Notes under the pieces: generated by a model
What the model saw: the letters and a program-made list of their open reading frames with translations, nothing else
Database searches by the model: none
Told to the model about the DNA's origin: nothing
Source of the DNA: Mobula hypostoma
Lineage: Eukaryota
Assembly (NCBI RefSeq): GCF_963921235.1
Contig: NC_086098.1
Span: 4,154,001 to 4,218,000, forward strand
Direction: 5' to 3'
DNA length: 64,000 nucleotides
Position numbers and translations under genes: made by a program
Shown here: positions 51,401 through 64,000 of the stretch, in pieces
Numbering within the stretch: the first letter of the stretch is position 1
How the letters are laid out: each line of letters starts with the position of its first letter

Positions 51401-52240
51401 TAAAATACACCCATCTCAAACCATCGATCTGAGTGCTTCCCTTCTCTATCACCTGCCTATTCTCCCACTCGCAATGTCTCCAAGCTTTCTCTATTTGTGA
51501 GCCAACCTCCCTTTCCTCTGTCACTTCAGTTCGGTTCCCACCCCCCAGCAATTCTAGTTTAAACTCTCCCCAGTAGCCATAGGAAACATCCCTGCCAGGA
51601 TATTGGTTCCCCTGGGATTCAAGTGCAACCCTTCCTTTTTGTACAGGTCACTCCTGCCCCAAAAGAGGTCCCAATGATCCAGAAATCTGAATCCCTACCC
51701 TCCTGTTCCAATCCCTCAGCCATACATTTATCCTCCACCTTATTCTATTCCTGTACTCAGTGTCACGTGGCACAAGCAGTAATCCTGAGATTACTACCTT
51801 TGATGTTCTGCTTCTCAACTTCCTAACTCCCTGTAGTCTGTTTTCAGGACCTCCTCACTTTTCCTACCTATGTCGTTGGTACCAATATGTACCACAACCT
51901 CTGACTGTTGACCTTTCCACTGCAATCAGAAACATCCCAGACCCTGGCACCTGGGAGGCAAACTACCATCCGTGTTTCTTTCCTGTGTCCACAGAATCGC
52001 CAGTCTGACCACCTAACTATAGAGTCCCCTATCACTGCTGCCATCCTCTTCCTTTCCCTCCCCTTCTGAGCCACAGGACCAGACTCTGTGCCAGAGGCGT
52101 AGCCACTGGTGCTTCCCCCAGGTAGGCTGTCTCCCCAACAGTACTCAACCAGGAGTACTTATTGTCAAGGGGGGCAGCCACAGGGGTACTCTTTAGTATC
52201 TGACTCCTGCCTTTCCATCTTCTGAATGTTACCCACTAGA
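48472..52240 (-). mobile_element. Near full-length decayed CR1 (ORF1 esterase remnant + ORF2) with a doubled 3' end
   Basis: VIGDSIVR...VVCLPGARV (51868-52074), YFNVRSIVNK, GEHFGDSDH, YMDFSKAFD, FADDTK; same subfamily as 5671-7275. Confidence 0.92.
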
Positions 52241-55200
52241 TCCAAAGTGTTCATCTACATAAACTTCTGTCACCTGCCCTGTCTCATTACCTAATAGCAG
52301 ATAAAGAATTGCACACTCTCTCACTGGGACTTCTGTGTACTGATGAAGGAAACTTACCTGAACACATTGGACAAACTCTGTCCCATCTCGTCCTTTTACA
52401 GTATGGGACTCACAGTCAATAGGTGGAAAATCACCTGTTATAACAACCTTATGTTTCTTGCAACGGTCTGCAATATCTCTCCAAATTTGCTCCTCTAAAT
52501 CCTGCTAGCTGTTGGGTGATCTATAATATAATCCCATTAATGTGGTTATACCTTTCTTATTTCTCAGTTCCACCTATAACACTCCCCTAGACAAGTTCCC
52601 CAGTCTGTCCTGACTGAACGCTGCCATGACATCTTTCCTGACTAGTAACGCCACCCCTCCTCGTTTATTCCCTCCTGCTCTGTCGTGTCTGAAACAACAA
52701 AACCCCAGAATATTGAGCTGCTAGCCCAGCCTCTGCTGTAACCAAGTCTCCCTAACGGCTACAATGTGCTGATCCATGCCTCGATGCTCTCCCTCAGCCC
52801 TGGCATTTCCGACTTTCTTATATCAGCCACCTTATTGTAATTTATAATTTTTTATTATTAAATACCGCTGTCACAAAACAACAAACCACGACATATACAG
52901 GTGACAATAGAGCTAATCTGGATTCTGATTCTGAAATCCTCAGCTCTGAAGCTTGTTTAGACCTACACATTTAAAATTGACACAGATTCCTCATGTTCGT
53001 CGTTAACTAAATCGAGGCAGATGATGTTTGAGCTGCAGGTAACCATCGCTGTGGCAGGTCTCATTTTTGTTTGATTGCAGTGAGTCTTTGAGCTGTTGGC
53101 TAACTTTTCCAGCCTATCTGTGCATGTCTCTAGTACTGAAGTAATGTAGATGGCGGCATCTCTTTTCTGAAACAAACTATCCCCCTCTCTGTCTCTTCCC
53201 TCTCCCCTGTCTCCCCTCACTTTCTCTTGCTCTCTCACTTTCTCCCTGTCCCTCTCTTTCTCTCTGTCCTTCGCTCTCTTTCTCTCTTTAATTTAACTGA
53301 ACAGCTTTGTTCCATTTTCTCCTTGCACAGCTAGCAACCTTCCGAGATGCGACTCTTTATTTTTGTGTGGGATCGAGGATGCACAAAAGTCAATAGCACT
53401 TTATTAAAGCCAGAGAGCTTGGTAATGAACAATTCAACAATTTAATGAGATTTCGTAGATCTGTCTCCGGCCTGCCCATCAAGTTTCGCTTCTATAAAGA
53501 ATGGTGACACTAATACTGTGGACTATCCAATCTTCACCCCGGGCTGCATATTAGATTTTTCCACGGTATATTGCATTAACAGTATAGCCTCTGCAGAAAT
53601 GCTGCAATTTAACTACAGTTGAGACATTAGGTTCAGTTAATTTTATTTTACACTATTAAAATTAGCTACAGCAAAACAGATATTTATGCTTGATTGAATA
53701 CATAATTGGTAAGTAATCATACATGCCAGCTAATTGAATCCAAACACCATAGAGCGAAGTCCGGATGTGAGGACAGTACTGTATTCTATTGAATGTTGAA
53801 AGGTCTAGTCAGAGTGTATGTGGAGAAGATAATTCCTATAGTGGGCAAGTCTAGGACCAGAGGGCACAGCCTCAATGTCTATTTAGAAAGTTCAAAGTAC
53901 ATTTATTAACAAAGTATGTATAAATTATACAACCTTGAGATTCATCTGCTACAGACAGTCACAAAACAAGAAACCCAAACGAACCCAATTAAAGTAAAGA
54001 CCAACACCCAATGCAGAGAGAGAGAAAAAAAGACACAAATCATGCAAACGTTAGAAAGATAAATAGACACTTTATTGATCCCAAAGGAAATTACAGTGGC
54101 AAGCAACAACATTCAGAAGGAAAGTGAGTCCAGACACAGAGCACAGGGCAGCCAGAGTACACCTACAGCCTCAGCACCACAGACAGCAGAGTAAACATTG
54201 CGGAGCAACGAGCAGAACCAGCACCACCCTCACCTCTGCTCCTCTACCCTGCCATTTCAGTCCATCTGGCCTGGTAGACATGGGCCCAACTGCAGCGATA
54301 CGCTCTGGACCTGGATCCTGCTGTCATATTCTGGCCCATACTCAAACTTTCCAAATTGACCTGGTGGTTAGATCGATCTAACTTCACTCTTGGTTTAGGT
54401 GGACAGACTCTGAAACTCCTCCGCTCCGATTTTTCTCCAACTCAGTCTCACAAATGCCTTGACCTTGCACCGACTTTGCATCGCACCCGCATGCCTTGAC
54501 CCTTGAGTCAGCTTGCCTTCACTCGCCGCTTCATTATTTGTGGTGATAGTTCACCCCAATTTACCACAGAAAAAATGCTATTAATAAAGTATTTAGCCAA
54601 ATTTCTTGCTTTGTGAACAACCAGTAAGCTGTTGTCCACGTTCAGTAGTGCTATCTTAAATAGGAGTGCCAGTTTTAGAACAGAGATAAGAAAGAGTTTC
54701 TTTAACCAGAGGGTGTGACTTGGCCTATGGAGGCCAAGTCATTGGGTATACTTAAAGAGGAAGTGCTAGGTTTTTGATTAGCCAGGGAATCAAAGGTTAC
54801 GAGAAGGCAGGAGAATGGGGTTGAGGGGGATAATAAATCAGCCTTGATGGAATAGTGAAGCAAACTTGATGGACCCAAAGGCCTATTTATGCTCCTGTGT
54901 CTTATGGTCTTAATTAAGAGTTGTAAAGGTGTAGGGCATTGGGCTGGTGTTTTCAGCTCAGCTAGTCTGGGGGTTGATACTGAAGATTGGAGCCTGAGGG
55001 TCAATCGGGAGTCCAGAAATTGAAGGCTGTGGGCATGATGGCACTGCAATGTGGGACAACACTTGCGGACTGTCCCCAGCACATCTTTACGTTGTGTTGG
55101 TTAACACAAACTTTGCATCTCACTGTACGTTAGTATGCACATATGCTGAATAAATCTGAGTCTGAGATTAAAAGACATCTGTAACTTATTTTACACAATT

Positions 55201-55431
55201 GTTAATAAATGTATTCAATTGTGTCATCATGTAATTGGCCTGAAATTTCTGGAGCTCCAGGCTAAACCACTGAAAGTGCAGGAGCCGTTCATACTACCCG
55301 ACAATACAGAACGAGAGTATGTAGATAACTCAGACATTTAGTATGCACGCACTGCCCTGGCAAGTAGCAATAGTCAGATAACCACTATGCCAATTTGACA
55401 TGGGGCCCAAATTTTGTTTTATTTCTCAGCA

Positions 55432-55660
55432 AAATACAGAAGGACATGGCTTTAAGGTAAAGGGTGGGAAGTTCAAGGGGGACATTAGAGGAAGGTTTTT
55501 TACTCAGAGAGTGGTTGGTGCGTGGAATGCACTGCCTGAGTCAGTGGTGGAGGCAGATACACTAGTGAAGTTTAAGAGACTGCTAGACAGATGTATGGAG
55601 GAACTTAAGGTGGGAGGTTATATGGGAGGCAAGGTTTGAGGATTCTATGTTCTATGTTCT
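55432..55660 (+). mobile_element. Short CR1 3' fragment of the young 21652 subfamily
   Basis: GHGFKVKGGKFKGDIRGRFFTQRVVGAWNALPESVVEADTLV almost equals the end of ORF 21718-23823; tail ttctatgttctatgttct. Confidence 0.9.
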
Positions 55661-56344
55661 AAAAATGGCCTCAGTTATCTTGGAGCCTCTTTAACAGTGA
55701 ATATGGCAAGATTACCTCCTTGGCACAACCTCCCAACTGTTATTTAACACAGAATCTCAAAGGTTGCCCCTAGAATGGTATAGATTAAGGGTTTGCAGTA
55801 GACCCCTCAGTTAATGGTAGGGGTCCATGGCATAAGAAAGGTTGGAAACCCCTGGTATAGATGATCATAAAGTCATAAATTATAGCTTTTTCAGAGTTTC
55901 TTTCTGAAGTTAAACTAATGAGACCCCTACCCCTCTCTATCCATTACCCTCATCACTCCACTGCACTGTAGACACTTGTTATAATGCTGTATATTTTTAT
56001 AATACTTATAATGCCCTATGTAGAATACTTCATGTTGTACATTTTTATTATGCCGGAGGTCCTGTGTTACTCAGGGTCGACCATGGATGCTGCATCCCAG
56101 CTGACTACGTTAGACACAAGTCAGTACACAATCCATGGCAATGCGATATGAGAGCATCTGTCCTTTAACTTTATTGGCTTTTTATCCATAACTAATTCTT
56201 TATTTTCATATCATTCTTATTCTGTATAATTGTTGAATGTTCTTGTGTTTTGTTGCATGTCGTTCCCTAACCAACACACCACAGCCAATTCCGGATACTA
56301 ACCATCCAAATGTGTATGATGAATAAAGTTGATCCTTGAATCTT

Positions 56345-57400
56345 GATAAGGTGGACAGATATTGGGTATATTTAGACACACTACTAACTCTAATGCATCC
56401 CAACTTTTCCTCTGCTACATTGATAACTGCATTGGTGCTGCCTCCTGCACCCGTGCTAAGCTCGTCAGATTCATTAACTTTGCATCCAACTTCCACCCTG
56501 CCCTTAAATTCATTTAGTCCATTTCTGACAACTCCTTCTCCTTTCTCAATATCTCTGCCTCCATCTCTGGAGGCAAAACTCTACCAAAGGTAGTCTATTT
56601 GGTCCAGTATATCACGGGTAAAGCCCTCCCAACCACTGAGCACATCTATGTGAAACACTGCTGTAGGAAAGCAGCATCTACTGTCAGAAATCTTCACTAC
56701 GCAGGACATGCATTTTTCTTGCTGCTGCCATCAGGTAAAAGGTACAAGAGCTTCAGGACTCACACCACCAGGTTCAGGAATAGTTACCACCCCTCAGCCA
56801 TCGGGCTCTTGAACAAAGGGGTTAGCTACACTCACATGCATATCCATTAAGGTGTTCCCAGGACCAGCTATTTAAATTTAAGGACTTTTCATCTCATCGT
56901 CTCATATTCTCATAATTTATTTATATTTGTATTTGCACAGTTTGTTGTCTTCTGCACTCTAGTCGATCTATTATTGATCCTGTTATAGTTACTATTCTAT
57001 AGATTTGCTGAGTATATCCATAGGAAAATGAATCTCAGGGTTGTATGTACTTTGATAATAAAATTTAATACCAACTTTGAACTCTTTTCGTAAGGATAGC
57101 TCCATCCGTGATTCCCTTGTCCATTCATCCCTCACCACTAATCTCCTTCCCTGCACTTATCATTGCCAGTGGCCAAAGTGCTACACCTGCCCACTCACCT
57201 CCTCCCTCACCTCCATTCAGGGCCCTGGTTCGGCAACACATCACTTGCGAATTTGCAGGGCTCATCTATTTTGATCAGTACTCCCGATGCGGCCTCCTTG
57301 ACATCGGTGAGACACAACGTAAATCGGGGGATCACTTTGACAACAACCACTGCTCCATCCACCAAAAGCGGAACTTTCCGGTGGCAAAACATCTCAATTC
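56345..57400 (+). mobile_element. Old PLE fragments split by a Rex-like 3' piece (about 56595-57080)
   Basis: YID(N)CIGA RT motif at about 56415; C..PKCYTC and YSRCGLLDIGET at 57160-57320. Confidence 0.7.
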
Positions 57401-57409
57401 CTTTCATTC

Positions 57410-59625
57410 CCCGAGATATTTTAATGAACCTCCTCTGAACCCTCTCCGATGCCAGCACATCTTTTCTTCGATGAGGAGCACAAAACTGTTCACAATAATC
57501 AAGGTGAGGCCTCACCAGTGCCTTATAAAGCCTCAGCATCACATCCCTGCTCTTGTCTTTAAGACCTCTTGAAATGAATGCTAACATGGCATTTGCCTTC
57601 CTCATCACTGACTCAACCCGCAGGTTAACATTTAGGGTGCTGTGCACAAAGACTCCCAGTCCCCTTGCATCTCAGATTTTTGGATTGTCTCCCCATTTAG
57701 AAAATAGTCCGCATGTTTATTTCTACTCCCAAAGTGCATCACCATGCATTTTCCAACATTATATTTCATTTGCCACTTTCTTGCCCATTCTCCTATCTGT
57801 CTAAGTCCTTCTGCAGCCTACCTGTTTCCTCAACACTACCTACCCCTCCACCAATCTTTGTATCAACAAAGCCATCTATTTCAGCATTTAAATCTCTGAC
57901 ATGCAGCATAAAAAGAAGTTCTCCCAACACCATCCCCTGTGGAACACCACTAGTCATTGGCAGCCAACCAGAAAAGGATCCTTTTATTTCCACTTGCTGC
58001 CTCCTACCAATCAGCCAATGCTCTAACCATTTTCATAACTTTCTTATAACACCATGGGCTCTTAACTTGCTAAGCAGCCTCATGTGTGGCACATTGTCAA
58101 CGGCCTTCTGAAAGTCCAAATATACAACATCCACTATATCCCCTTTATCTATCCTACTTGCATCTCCTCAAAGAATTCCAACAGGTTCATCACACAAGAT
58201 TTTCCCTTAAGGAAACTATGGTGACTTTGTCCTGTCTTGTCCTGTGTCACCAAATACTCCAAAACCTCATCCTTAACAATTAACTCCAACATCTTCCCAA
58301 CCACTGAGGTCAGGCTAACTGGTCTATAATTTCCTTTCTGCTGCCTTCCATCTTTCTTAAAGAATGGAGTGACATTTGCAATTTTCAGTCCTCTGGCACC
58401 ATGCCAGATTTTTGAAAGATCATTGCTAATGCCTCCACAATCTCGAACAGTACCTCTTTCAGAACCCCTAGGGTGCAGTTAATCTGGTCTGGGCGACTTG
58501 TGTACCCTTAGGTCATACAGCTTTCTGAGCACTTTCTCCCTTGAAATAGTAACCACAGTCACTTCAGGGTGCCGGATTTTCGTAGCTCTGGAGATGAGCC
58601 GATTCTAGGCTGGTTCCCCTGACTGAAGCATCGTGGCAGAACACGGAACATCGGGAACAGCGGGTTAGCTGCCGGGGGTTGTGTGTCCAGAGGGTTGCAC
58701 CTTTCTGGGGCCAATTCTCTGGGTGCAGAGCTCAGAAAAGTGATGCAACAGATTTTTAACATCGTAAATCTATGAGATGTTTGTTATGTCTCCCCTCTCT
58801 TTTTCCCTTATTAGGGAGAGAGAGAGAGAGCCTGTGGTGTGTCGAATTACCAGGTGAACTCTTTGGAGTACTGTAAGTTTGTGTCTTCATTGATGCTTGC
58901 TGCATGTTTGAGTGCTTGGTGGAGGGCGCTGATGTTTTTTGCTGGTGGGGAGGGGGTTAGTTTCCTTGCAGCTGCTTGTGCTTGGGAGGGGGGATCTGGG
59001 GGGGGACTTTGGGGTTCTAACATTTAACTGTCATTCATTCTTTGGGGCACTCCTCTGTTTTCATGGATGTTTGCGAAGAAAAAAATTTCGGGATGTATAT
59101 TGTATACATTTCTCTGACATTAAATGTACCTATTGAACATCCTGTATCAGTGCAATAAGATCACCTGCCTTATTTCTTATGCTCCGTGCATTGAGATATA
59201 ACACTGTGAGCACTGTATTTGCTATCCTGTTTGATTCTGCATCACTAATGCACTGATATTCACCCTGCTGGCTGCAATTTCGTCCTATCATCTGCCTTCC
59301 CTTCCTGACAGTCTGAATGCATGCTATCTTTGCTTCTTTTACCATCCGTCCTATCCTGAGCCCCCTCACTCCGGTTCCCGACCCACTCCCAAGTTAGTTC
59401 AAACCCTCCTCAACAGCTCTAACAAACCTGCCCACGAGAATATTGGTCCCCCTCGGGTCTGGTGCAACCTGTCGCTTTTGAACAGGTCATACCTCCCCCA
59501 AAAGGGATCCCAGTGATCCAAGAACCTGAAGCCCTGCCCCCTGCACCAGCTTCTCAGCCACACATTTATCTGCCAAATCATCCTGTTTCTACATTCACTG
59601 GTGCATGGCACAGACAGCAATCCAG
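57410..59625 (-). mobile_element. Decayed CR1 interrupted by the repeat at 58560-59139
   Basis: YKALVRPHLDY, TSGVPQG, LYLNARSIRNK and ORF1-end WLRSWCRGQGFRFLDHW on the minus strand. Confidence 0.82.
58560..59139 (+). mobile_element. Second copy of the non-coding repeat at 1-712
   Basis: Direct alignment by eye over about 420 nt. Confidence 0.8.
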
Positions 59626-61131
59626 AGGTTGATAAATTCTTGATTGGTCAGAGCATGAAGGGATACGGGGAGAAGGCAGGAGACTGGGGCTGAGAGGAAC
59701 AATGGATCAGCCATGATGAAATGGCAGAGCAGACTCGATGGGCCAAATGTCCTAATTCTGCTCCTATCTCTGATGGTCTTTACAGACAGAGCTGGGAAAT
59801 GAATCCCGATCGTCTGAACGACTGCTGGTACTGTAAAGCGTAACACTATCTACTGCGTGACCATGCCGCCCTCAACGCCATTAATGACAGAGTCACCTCG
59901 CAGTCCCACATCCCCAACATGAAAGCCCTGATCAAGTTCAACCAGCTCTGGAGGCCACACAACATCTTTCACATGCCCAACACCAGAATCTTGGAGCAAG
60001 CACTCACCGGCAAGTCTCATCATCGTCCAATACCTACTAACCTTAATCTGTACGTCTTTGGAATGTGGGAGGAAACTGGAGCACCTGGAGGAAACCCACA
60101 TGGTCATGAGGTGAACAGACAAACTCCTATCAGACAGCGGCAGAAATGAACCTGGGTTCATGGCACTGTAATAATATTACATGAACTGCTACACTACAAT
60201 GCTACCTGTGTTGTCCTTGAGAAGGTCAGAGTTTCCAAGATTCAAGATTCAAACTTCAAGTCTATTGATCACATGTACATTAAATCATTGTTTCCATTGA
60301 TAAACAACGCACCCAAGGAAATGCTGGGGGCAGCACACAAGAGTTGCCACACATTCCGGTGACAACATAGCATACCCACAATGCTTAGAACAACACAGGA
60401 CTAAACAAACAACAACAACAATAAAACAAGCCCCTTTCCTCCCTCCCTCACACACAGTCATTTCATAGTTCAAAGTTATTAACAAAGAACGTACTGTATA
60501 CCTTATGTCACCATATACTCCCAAAGGCTCATTCACCGTAAATACATGAACCAGAAAAGAATCGATAAAAAACTCCACACAAATGAAGATGGACTAACAA
60601 TCAATGTGCATAGGAAGAGAAACATTACAAATACAAAATAATAATAATAATAAATATATAAATACCAAAAACCTGAGTTGTAGAGTCCCTGAAATTGAGT
60701 CCGTAGGTTGTGCAATCAGTTTAGATTCGAGGTGAGTGAAGTTATTTCTTCTGGTTCAGGAGCCTGATGGTTGTAGGGTAATAACTGTTACCCTACAACC
60801 TGGTAGTGTGGGACCTGAAGTTCCTGTGCCTCCTTCCTGATGACAACAGCAAGAAGAAAGCACTTTCTGTAGGCAGAAAGTCGAGATTATGGCCTGTATG
60901 TTGAGGGTCCTTGATGATGGATGCTGCTTTCCTGTGACAGCACTCCTTGTAGATGTGCAGAATGGTGGGGAGAGCTTTTCCTGTGATGGACTGGGCCCTA
61001 TCCACTACTTTTTGGAGGCTTTTGTAGGTGTTTCCATACAAGGTTGTGACGTAACTAGTCAGTATTTTGCACATCTATTGGAATTTGCCAAAGTTTTAGA
61101 TGATATGCTGAATCTTCTAAGAAAGTAGATG

Positions 61132-61327
61132 TGTAGGGTAACATAACTGGGAGAAATGCACGTAGTTCACAACCACCAGCACTGAGCTGGGATTTTGCTT
61201 TAAGAGGCTGGTCTGATGTGATGACGTTATTACGTTAAAAGTTTTTAGCACACTTTCGTCGTGTGAGTTTTGTGGTTCAATAAAATCAACGGGTTTTGTT
61301 AAGCATAGTTAAGCAAGGAAACCTACA
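61132..61327 (+). mobile_element. 5' LTR (196 bp) of a Gypsy-type retrotransposon
   Basis: TGTAGG...CCTACA inverted ends, AATAAA at 61279-61284, followed by TTGGTGACC (primer-binding-site-like, compatible with the tRNA-Trp 3' end). Confidence 0.85.
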
Positions 61328-64000
61328 TTGGTGACCTCAAAGCTCTAGGATGATTCTAGAGTCACTGATCATGTTGGCCAATGCAGTCGCTTTGAAACTG
61401 CTGGAGTTTTGGGAGCTAAATGCCACTGCATAGTTCATACATGCTGAGGCCCAGTTTGCTCTGCGAGAAATCTCTGCCAACAACACCAAATATTTCTATG
61501 TGGTAGTGATTGTCAGATACTGAATCCGAATACCGATTGCTGAAAACTCACCTCTTACAGACCTTTCGACTATCGGAGTCAGAGCACATCAAACAGTTGC
61601 TCTCCTTACCCGGTCTCAGTGACGGTAAGCCCTCATAGCCAATGGACCACATGCTGTCTCTCCTGGGAAATCACCATCCTTGTTTTATTTTTAAAGAACT
61701 CTCCATGCAGCAAATGCCTGATCCAGTTCACATAGCCCTCGCTAATGTACTCGTGATGGACTATAGAGAGCTTGCTAAAATGGCTGACAGTCTACACTCA
61801 GCCTGACAGTGGTGCATCATTCCTCCTCCTCTCTCTTCTCAATAAGCTGGGTCAGCAAAGCCCCCAAAAGAAGGACACCGACGGCTGTGAAACAGACAAT
61901 GCAGGCCTGTGCTTTTACCAAGCTCGCTTTGGTATGAACGCTAGGGAGTGCCAACCGTTTTGCAGCTTTGACAGTGCACTGCTTCTGCACATCAGAAGTC
62001 AGTGAACAGTGGTCAGTGGGTTCCAGCTGCCAGGGTCATCTACTGTCCATTCCAGGGCGACACATCCTGTGTGATACGGGTGTTCAAGTGAGTGTGCTGC
62101 CAGCATCACGTATTGAAGAGAAGGCAAAGAGCGACAAAACCTCACTGGAGGCCGTCAACGGCAGCAAGATCCAAACTTATGGGACATGATGGGTGACGCT
62201 CTGCTTCAGTGGGCGATGTTACACATGGGACTTCGTCCTGGCTCAAGTGGCTCGACGTCTGCTTGGTGCAGATTTCCTGTGTGCCCAAGGACTGTCAGTT
62301 GATCTCAACAACTGCCGGCTTGTGGATGTCAAGGACTTTGGGTCTTTCCCCTGCTCTCCCAGTAAGCTCCCCACAACGACTCTGTCAAGCACATGCACCA
62401 CAGCATGTGAGTTTACTCGACTGCTGGGTGAATTCCCAAACCTCACCAAGCCCACATTCTCCACTACAGTCACAAAACATGGGTCAAGCAATGAACTTCC
62501 ACAACTGGCCCTCCCCACCCACATGTATAGACTGGATCCAGGGCAGCTGACAACAGCAAAGGCTGAGTTTGCCTACATGGAGAGACTTGGAAATGTATGT
62601 CGGATGAATAGCCCCTGGGCTTCACCCTCCAAATGGTCCCCAAGTGTGATGGTGGTTACCACCACGTCAGACATCCCACCTCTCCCGGAAGTTCCGGGAG
62701 TCTCCTGCAAATTAATAGTGGCTCGCTGATGCCCACAAATTATATACAATGTCCCAGAAATTGATTTTTTTGAGAGCGAGCGCAAGAGCAAGAAAGCAAG
62801 CACGAGAGAGCAAGCGCGAGTGACAGCGACGAGAGAGCGAGAAAGCGAGAAAGCCAGCGCGAGGGAGAGCGACGAGTGAGAGAGCGCACGCGCGATAGAG
62901 AGCAAGAGTGAGAGAGTTCCAACAACAGAAACTATAAAACGTACGTCACCCCAGACTACACTAAAGTGTACCCCTGCCTAATAGGGGTCAAAGATAATGA
63001 CAGTGTTGCTCGCTGCGCTGTTTGCAACAGTGACTTTTCTATTGCCCATGGTGGGTTAAGACTGTAAAAGACATGTTGAGGTGAGTTTAACAGGTGTCAT
63101 TCGTTCATTAGCATAGCTAACGTTATTTAAACTAGGGGGCTACTGCTAAGGAGCTACTCTATTGCAGACATCCCACCTCTCCCGGAAGTCTCCTGCAAAT
63201 TAATGGTGCTACCTCCCTGAAATGAGTTTTTGCAGGGTGGGATGTCTACCTTGTGGTGATTATTGACACCTTATCAAGGCCACCATCCCCGATCATTACC
63301 TAGTCCCACACATTTAAGACTTTTCAGTACGTTTAACCAGAAAGTTCATTTTTTCCCAAAGACGATTTCGTTAGGGGCTACCCTCAGGTGCCTGCGTACT
63401 CAGAGGATATACCCAAAACAGCTGTAATAACCCTGTTTGGCCTTTTGGAGTTTCTGTGCATGCTGCTTGGACTGAAAGATGCAGCACAGACTTTCCAACA
63501 CCTGATGAACTCAATATTAAAAGATTTAGATTTTCTTTTTGTTAACCTGGTTGTCATTCCTGTCACCAGTGCATCCAAATCTAAACACGTATCCTCTCTC
63601 CGCAAACTTTGCAAGTGCTTAAGCCAACACGGGCTGATTATTAACCCTGCTAAATGCCAAATTGGGCTGTCAACCATTGACTTTCTCAGCTATCCCATCT
63701 CTGCAGAGAGCGTGAAGCCCCTCCCATCCAAAGTAGCCGCTGTCATGGATTTCCCACCGCCCCGCACTGCTAAAAAAACTACAGGAGTTTTTAGGCATGG
63801 TGAATTCCTATCATCACTTCATTCCATGAACTGTTGAACTTATGCTCTCCCTGTACAGTACAGTGCGCTTATAGGCAATACTCCTAACAAGTGCTTGACC
63901 GGTCAGCAACATGACCAGGGCATTTGATGATGCCGAACGTTCTCTTCCTAACGTGACCCTACTGGCACACCTGCTTCCCGATTCACCCAGAGCCTTTACA
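61328..64000 (+). mobile_element. Decayed Gypsy internal region (gag, protease, RT), runs off the window
   Basis: gag-like AVALKLLEFW...AEAQFALREI; protease ILCDTGVQVSVLP, LLGADFL; SPWASP; RT EDIPKTAVITLFGLLEF...GLKDAAQTFQ; many stops and frameshifts. Confidence 0.88.
62668..63248. mobile_element. Non-autonomous DNA transposon (hAT-like) inserted in the Gypsy RT
   Basis: TIR cagacatcccacc / ggtgggatgtcta; degenerate 7-8-bp duplication accacgt / accttgt; removing it rejoins the DGG...CGDY RT motif; GA-rich core. Confidence 0.75.

Noticed and set aside
52351..52440. Strong minus-strand donor CAG|GTAAGT as a KLHL32 exon end
   Set aside because: Upstream sequence translates as CR1 endonuclease remnant (DGTEFVQCVQ), not KLHL32

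Overview
Vertebrate genomic DNA, most likely a cartilaginous fish (shark/ray; inferred from the repeat spectrum, not proven). The only host coding sequence I can support is one 727-nt internal exon of KLHL32 (BACK end to Kelch repeats) on the minus strand at 7554-8280. The rest looks like intron, filled with nested transposable elements: many CR1 LINEs (one young copy keeps a long open ORF2), Rex1/Babar-like LINE pieces, Penelope-like elements (PLEs) with GIY-YIG endonuclease, tRNA-derived and V-type SINEs, Tc1-type and hAT-like DNA elements, a solo LTR and a decayed Gypsy element. There is also a 1-kb 9-bp minisatellite with a higher-order duplication. The most interesting signal is the PLE set: a minimal hammerhead ribozyme with an intact core, plus five insertions (three of them 116-143-bp non-coding fold-back hairpins) all flanked by about 14-bp target-site duplications (TSDs). 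I see no prokaryote-type system (CRISPR, operons). Repeat boundaries were placed by eye and are approximate unless a TSD or terminal inverted repeat (TIR) is quoted; family names come from motif recognition, not database searches.
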